Assembly (NCBI RefSeq): GCF_009834535.1
Contig: NC_045696.1
Location: forward strand, 51,090,001-51,154,000
Length of the DNA stretch: 64,000 nt
Direction of reading: 5' to 3'
From: Camelus ferus
Taxonomy: Eukaryota
Program-made: the position numbers and the translations under genes
Notes under the pieces: generated by a model
What the model was told of the DNA's origin: nothing
The model's input: the letters and a program-made list of their open reading frames with translations, nothing else
The model's database searches: none
Shown here: positions 53,479 to 64,000 of the stretch, piece after piece
Numbering within the stretch: the first letter of the stretch is position 1
Layout of the letters: each line of letters begins with the position of its first letter

Positions 53479-55044
53479 TAATATATAATAATCTCAATAG
53501 TAAAAATTCCTAACATCAATTAATGTCTTTTCAGGTGTTTTAGGCAGAAATTCAGGAGTTTCTGTTCCTCTACATAAATTCTACCTGTTCTTAAAAGATT
53601 TCATAGCTGCTATGAGACTGAAGTAATGCCTTCATCATAAGAGCTCCTGTAACATTTATTATCAAAATTTGATAATTATTGAGGTACTAACTTGGGATAT
53701 CCTGTTAATTATGTAAGTGTATAATTGATGTTATACTTCTTAATTTCTTTTGTTAAATCTGAGCTTAAAAAGCTATAAAGTTTATGGATTAAATATCTGT
53801 TAATGCAGTTTGAATTTTGATAATTGCTTTTAGAGCATTTCTCAGAAATATCAACCTTGGGTCTTTGCATATATAAATCCTTCTGAAGGGTTACTTCATA
53901 TATCACATAACTAGCTATCTGTCGGAAAAGACTCGGTAATGAGAATGGAAAACAGTTTGTTCTGCCTATACTTGGGGTATTGCATTTTAAATAATAAATC
54001 TCTTTCTAGTATTCATTTTGTTATCCCACACTTCCACAGCAAATTATGATTCACAGTTTCCATAGATAAAATCTGCTCATTGATTTATAATCTTTAGTGC
54101 CATGGAAATTCATTTTTCCTTATGTCTTTTTATAAACCCCATGTTATAGTCTTTTTTGGTTGTTGTTCTAATCACAGTGGGTGATGACCCTTTCTTGGTG
54201 TTAATGCAAATGAAGACCTTCAGTCACCGTGTGTTTTTATTTTTCCCTAAAAAGCTTTTACCGCTTAGAACTTGGTGTTTGAGCTTGAAGCTTAAACTAC
54301 ACATAAGAACTTTCAGGAAAAAGGCAAAAGAATACCATCAAAAGAGTTTAGTTTTCTGAAACTTACAGTAAACTCCTGGAACCTGTTTATGATTCTTAAG
54401 TACTTAATGAGATAAGAGAGAAATGCAATCCTTTTTGTTTATGAAATATGGTTTTAAATTTCAGTTATCTCTGGCATTTCTGTGCATTTTAATTATTCTT
54501 AATATGGTAGGTACAGAGATTTAAGTATTTATAAAATTAATACATTTTCTAACAAAAGTTTATGTTAGTTTATGTTCTAACATAAGTTAAATATTAATAC
54601 TTTAATAGTTTCCACTTGAATATCACCTAACTCATAGTTCTAATTAATTGTATCAGAAAGCTAAATATTAAAATAGATTTATTCTTACACATATCTGAAA
54701 ATGTGCAACCTTCACTCCCTACCAGAAAAATAATTTTTGCTGATAACTGTGTGGCATTCTACCATGCTACTAGCTAAAGCTCTTCTTCTAATTTTAGTTT
54801 TAAAGCTTTTTTAAAAATTGTTCCAAAAACCATCATTCCATGTAGTATAGTGAGCCAGGTTGATCAAAACTTGCCTCACTGCTACTAGGTAGAGTTTGCC
54901 TTATAGAACTTCAAAACAAAAATAGTTTTCATGTGTATTTTATAAATTTTATAAAATTTATTTATAATTTATAAATAATCTTTAGCCTAACAAATTTATT
55001 CTTTTTAGCCCTACTGTATCATATGCTAAAAATGTACCTTTTTG

Positions 55045-56173
55045 ATCAACAAAACAAAAAGACAATGTAAGGGATGAGATATGACTGGCAAGGGGTTAAT
55101 ATCCAAAATATACAAACAACTCACATAACTCAATATCTAAAAATCAAACAACACAATCAGAAAATGGGCAGAAGACCTACATAGACATTTTACCAAAGAA
55201 AACATACAAATGGCCAAAAAAGGCATGAAAAGATACTCAACATCACTAATTAGAGAAATGCAAATCAAAACCACAATAAGGTATCCCCTTACAGTAGTCA
55301 GAATGGCCATATCATCAAAAAGCCTGCAAATAATAAATGCTAGAGAGGGTGTGGAGAAAAGGGAACCCTTGTACACTGTTGGTGGGAAAGTAAATTGGTG
55401 CAACCACTTTGGAAAACAGTATAGAGCTTCCTTAAAAAACTAAAAGTAGAGGTACCATATGATCTAGCAATCTCATCCTGGGTATATATCTGGAAAAGAT
55501 GAAAACTCTAATTTGAAAAGATACATGCATTCCCAGTGTTCATAGCATCACTATTTAGAATAGACAAGACATGGAAACAACCCAGGTGCCCATCAAAAAG
55601 ACAATTGGCTTAAGAAAATACAGATACAGATATAGATATATAGATGTAATGGAATATTACTCAGCCATAAAAAAGAATGAAATATTGCCATTTGCAGCAA
55701 CATGGATGGACCTAGAAAATATTATTGTTAGTAAGTCAGGCAGAGGAAAAACAAATATTATATGATATCACTTACATGTGGAATCTAAAAAATAATACAA
55801 ATGAATCTATATACAAAGCAGAAACAGACTGACAGACATAGAAAACAAACTTAATGGTTATCAAAGGGGAGAGGGTGGGGAGGAGGGACAAATTAGAAGT
55901 ATGGGATTAACAGATACAGACTACTGTACATAAAATTGATAAGCAACAAGGATTTCCTTTACATAGCACAGAGAATTATATTCAATATCTTAAATAATCT
56001 ATAATGGAAAATAATTGGAAAATATGTGTATATATGTATATATATCTACACATATGTATCTGTCTATATATAGGCATATATATATATGTCTATATATATA
56101 TATACCTGAATCACTTTGTTATACACCTGAAAGTGACACAATATTGTAAATCAACTATACTTTAGTTTTTTTT
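55045..56173 (+). mobile_element. L1 3' fragment, sense to ATP6V1A, with an internal TA-rich repeat
   Basis: ORF2 remnants [18 protein letters not shown] and MEYYSAIKKNEILPFAATWMDLE. TSD aatgtacctttttg (55031) / aatgtatctttttg (56174). Confidence 0.9.
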
Positions 56174-56281
56174 AATGTATCTTTTTGTGAAACTGTATGT
56201 TCCATAGTAGGCATTTTATTTTTCCTATGAATATATGAGGGAAGTATATTATTGGATTGATTGGATGTTTTAATTATCTGA

Positions 56282-58969
<2,688 letters not shown>

Positions 58970-59226
58970 TAAAGTTGTTGAAAGAATGTGAAATGAGTGT
59001 TTCGTGAACTATTTTGTACTCTTAGTCAAAATAAAAATAAAGCACAGAAACATAGTTTACACTTTTCTTTAGATCTACTAGAAGGATTATAGAACTAATA
59101 TATTTTATTGATAAGTGAGGCAAATGATTTAAATAATAGCAACTGTGAATCTACTTGATGTTTATTGAATGTTAAACAGCTTGACATTGATTTGAACATT
59201 AAACAGCAAGTGCATTTGTTCTCTAG

Positions 59227-59394
<168 letters not shown>

Positions 59395-60583
59395 TGACCC
59401 TACTTGTGTATGATAGTTGCCCAGCTTTAGTGCTCTAAATAGTTATATAATTCATTTAATATGTAGGTTTTAAGTAACTCCCATAATTGTTTTTTCTTTA
59501 AGATTTTTTTCTTTAAAACTTGGGCTTGGAAATACAGAAAACAAAATATACTGTTTCTTTTTGAGGAGAAATAGCTAGTATAAGCTACCTTCTTAACTTA
59601 CGCTACATTATTTAAAGCCCTGATTCTTTAGACATAGAGTAGATTTTGATTTTAATTGTCAGTCTCTATTTACTTAATGAATTGTATAATGGATTACATG
59701 AATTCTTACTCTGAGTGACTGATGGTCACATCATATCAAATACAGGAGCCACATAATAGTCTTTTGGGTATGAAGATAGCTTTATTGAGAAGACCATTGT
59801 AACGTATAACTTTTTCCCAATAAAAAATGATAAAAGAACAATTTTTTAATCATTTCACAAGAATAGGTCTGTATTCTACAACATATAGAAAACAAAAGAG
59901 TTAAGATTGAGATTCTGGGCAATCAGCTAACCTTACTGACTAGCTTAGAGACTCACCTGTACATGAAAGAGCAACCCTGAAGTAGATATTTCAGATTCAT
60001 GCATCAATGAAATTACAGGTTTCTCTAGGTGTATGGACTTTGGGATTGTTTATGAAGAGGTAAAGCCATCTCAGTGTTCACAAATATTAAAGAGTATTAC
60101 TCATTGTCTTTTTGCTTTTATAAGTGATTTAAAATATTTAACTATATTAAATATTTTAGGGTTCTTAATAGACTAATATTTTTCATTAAAGCATTATAAG
60201 AGCATTATAATAAAATAAACAAAACAAAGAATGGAAAATAGATTATAAAGGCTTTCATTTCTTCCTTGTCAGTCCCAGGAGTATCTTCTGTAGCCTTTAT
60301 GAATTTTCCCTGTGCGTAGTCATATAATTTATTTAACTATTCTTCTGTTACTTGAGTTACCTCTTTCTCAAAAACTTCTAAATTTCTTTTTTAAATCATT
60401 AAAATGGTAATAAATGCACTTGGTTGAAAAAAATGAGAATGATATATAAAGATTGACAGTAAAAAGTGTAGATCTCCCTCATCACCTCCCTACCCCTGGA
60501 GAGAAATCTGGATTCACTTTGTTCTTAGGGGAAGGAATGTTCATAAATTTGAGTGTACTTAAAATTCTGCTGTATTTTTATAG

Positions 60584-60736
<153 letters not shown>

Positions 60737-61149
60737 TAAGTTTGAGCTGTGTCCCATGGTTTTCCCTTAGAGTTATTATAGGTCATTATTTTTTCACTTT
60801 TTTGTGGGTAAAGGTTTTATGTGCTAATCCTATAAGTTTTATCTAGAGAAATATATTTATATTTTTTCCAATGCTTATTAGAGTCAAACCATTGAAGATT
60901 TATTTTTTCATAGTTGCAAAGGGAAAGTATTCTTAAATTTTCTGAAAAAATAAAATGTACAGAAGGAAACCTGTGCCAAAACACTATAACTATTTTTCTT
61001 AAGTTATTCTAGAATTAGTAGATTGATGTTACTATAAATTGATGATTTCTAAAATCATCTGCATTCTCTATGCTACCCAGCAATCTTTCTTAATTTGTAG
61101 TCTGCTCTTTGCCATTTTCTTCATTGACTGCTTAAAAACGTCCTTTCTC

Positions 61150-63486
61150 TTTAAATTGTAGACGTCACCATATCCTGCTTTACTTTCAGCGAATGACTTC
61201 ATCATTTGATTCACAGAAAAGGCTGAAGCAATGATATAATAACTCCTTCACCTTCTCATTACCAACCCATATGTGTCCCACTTACCTTTTAAACTCTTAC
61301 CCTTCAAAACTGCTTTCTGTGTTGTTCTCACCATTCTCTCTCATAAGATCTTCAGTCTTAGACTCTGATTAGTCAGTACCTCCTGTTTCCATATCCTTCA
61401 CTATCCGGCTTACATTTAATAGTCTATCACTTTTACAAATATTTGCCAGTATTATTAAATTCTCTTGTTTCTTTGTCTTCTGTCACACCCACCTGGCAAA
61501 TACCAACTGTGAATCAGTCCAGCTGTCTCCTTCTCCCGAATCTCCACAGGCTGCTGAGAAAAAGAAATAATAGGTGCAAGTTGGTATCTCACTACTGTGG
61601 CACAATCTTTCTACATTCCCCTAATTATCATTCTCCTGCTCTCCTCGGTGACTATTTCAGCCCTCTCCTCTTGCCTCAGACCTTCAGCTCCACTCTTCTT
61701 TCTCCTTCATTCTTGGCAAATGATCATGCTAGATCCTTCACAGAGAAATTCTCATGAGAGCCCATCAGATTTGGAACTCCTTCAGTTAACATGCATTCTC
61801 ATCCATCCCTTATTCTCTTCCTTTTTTTGGAGTTTATTCCACCTCATGTCTCCTCAAAGACCTCTCATTAAGTGATCCTCCCTTAACTCCCATGTAATGA
61901 AAAAATGTCTACCCTCTACCCTTCCTCCATTCTACCTTCCACTGCTTGTCTCCTCATCTTCACAGCCAAACCTCTTGAAAGAATGAATTAGTTGTCTTCG
62001 CTTGTCCCCCTCTAATTCACTGTACTCCTGCTCCACACCTCACTCCAGACTGCTCTTGCTAACATCGTCAGTTACTCCTATACTGGTAACTCAATAACCA
62101 AGTTTTAGTATTTTCTTAATTCTTACAACTTGGGATATTGCTCTCTACTCCCCTCTTTCTTTGCTCTTCTGGTTAGCTTCTGTCTACAAGAAGCTATTGC
62201 TTATTCTCCGTTGCAGGTTTCTTCTCCCTTAACTTTAATATTTCTTCCGAGTTTTTCCCTCCTCTAGGGCTTCCTCTTTCCTCACTATATATCCTATCCT
62301 CTGTGGATGACTTCATTGTATGTGATGATTCCTTAATCTGTATCTTCATCCCAGATCTCTTCTGAGTTCCAGGCTCACATATCCACTTCTGATTATACCT
62401 CTCCTTTTAAATACAGGTGCCTCAAAGTCAGTATGTTTAAAACTAAAATCATCATCTAATCACCACTCTTTTCCTTGAAACTTTGCTGCCTCTCTCAACA
62501 AATGGCATTATCATACGTCTCATGGATGCCTAATTTAAAACCTGTGACTTCTCTCAAGGATCAGTCTTACCCTTCCCCCACATCTAAGTAGTGAACTAGT
62601 GCTATTACTCTATTCCCTAAATATTTTGTATCTGCATTTTCATCCTAACTCCACGTCATTAAGGATCTTACCCTAATTCCTGCAATAATCACATTTAATC
62701 AGACTTCCCATCTTCAGTCTTGCCTTCTTTCTAAGTGGTTGTCCAAATTACATAGTGATCCAACTAAAACACATACGTGATCCTGCACTGTTTTGCTCAA
62801 AACCCCTATGTGCTCTTTATTGCTCTCAAGTCAAACACATACTCCGTAACTCTTTACAATACTACCCATGATCTGGCTACTGCTTACCTTCCAGTTTTGT
62901 CTCAGCCAGTTGACAGCCCAACTGCTTCATTATACACCATCTTCCAGGCTTACTGAAGGACTTTTAATTCCTTAAGCAATGCTCCCTTTTGCCCCTGGAC
63001 CTTTGTGCATGCTTTTGCCTCTGTGTGGAATGTTATTTCCCTGTATCTGGCTAATTTCTATTTCCTTTTAGGCCTTAGCTTCTTTTGGAAAGAATTTCCT
63101 AACCCCACTCCAGTACATTGTCAGACTTTGTACCCCTTCCTATGTACTCCCACAAACCTTGGATGGTCTCTATGATAGCACTTTTCACATTGGATTGTTG
63201 AACTTCTAAAGTGGGGCACACTCAGCCCCACCTCACTACCCCAGCTTAAAAGTGATTTGAAAGAGGTATACAGAGCCACAGGATGAATAGATATACCTTC
63301 TTAGTTTATCAGAGTCACTGAAATGTTTGAAGGAGAAAACATTTTAATGCATATTAGTTTTATATGAGAAAGTTCTGTTATGATTATTAAGGAAGCAGTG
63401 TTTCTGTGAATTTTGTGATAAAACACACTATTACAAAGGAATTTCCGTTAGCATTATATCTCATTTCTTCTGCCCAGACCGTCCTG

Positions 63487-63521
<35 letters not shown>

Positions 63522-63760
63522 GACATTCACTTTCCTCTGTCTTTGAGGGTATTTCACTCTTCACTGCCACTTTTTAGGGAAAGTGTGAAAGTGGTTGCTA
63601 TATGGTATTGTAACCACCAGCTGACTCTCCAGTGTACCACACTGGAGGGTGAGCTCTGTGAGTACAGAAACATGGCTATCTTCTTTGCTGTTGTCTCTCC
63701 AGCATCTCCAAGCATAATTTTTAGTACCTAGGAAGTACTTCATAAATAGTTATTGAATAG
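61150..63760 (+). mobile_element. Long degraded L2 with interruptions
   Basis: Pyrimidine-rich L2 motifs (cccagatctctcttctgagttccag, cctttgtgcatgct...tggaatg) ending taaatagttattgaat. Confidence 0.7.
63488..63517. repeat. (CA)~15 microsatellite
   Basis: Direct read. Confidence 0.95.
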
Positions 63761-64000
63761 GCAGAAGGGGTTTGACTTAACACCTTAATAAAAGCCTTTG
63801 TTCATTAACCTTTGTAGCAAGATACAAATTTCTTAGGTCTTCTTATTTATTTCAGAAGGCAACTTTCCAAAGTATTTATAATTTTCTTTTAGCTTTAATT
63901 CTTACATTGTCCTTTCATAAACTATGTAAGCATTCAGAATATCTTTAGTACTATCTTATCTACCTGATTTTTATATTCCTGTCCTCCAGTTACCTTACAG

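Noticed and set aside
56025..56105. Repeat-array-like stretch
   Set aside because: Degenerate (TA)n within an L1 3' UTR.

Overview
Mammalian genomic DNA, probably a camelid: it carries tRNA-Ala(AGC)-derived short SINEs and an artiodactyl-like ATP6V1A sequence. Two housekeeping genes lie head-to-head across a CpG-rich divergent promoter (~25.3-27.0 kb). NAA50 is on the minus strand with its complete 5-exon CDS (8+137+120+67+178 = 510 nt, 169 aa plus stop) and a long 3' UTR. ATP6V1A is on the plus strand with non-coding exon 1 and coding exons 2-6; the gene continues past the window. The introns are mostly L1, L2, MIR, LTR, hAT/Tigger and SINE relics, and repeat family names here come from recall, not from a database search. 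The most notable sequence-level points are a U12-type intron in ATP6V1A, two CLEAR/E-box palindromes in the shared promoter, a NAGNAG acceptor in NAA50, tandem ATGs in ATP6V1A, a twin-primed (5'-inverted) L1 and a triple-nested insertion. I found no convincing evidence of a wholly new biological system; the findings are regulatory, splicing or transposon details.
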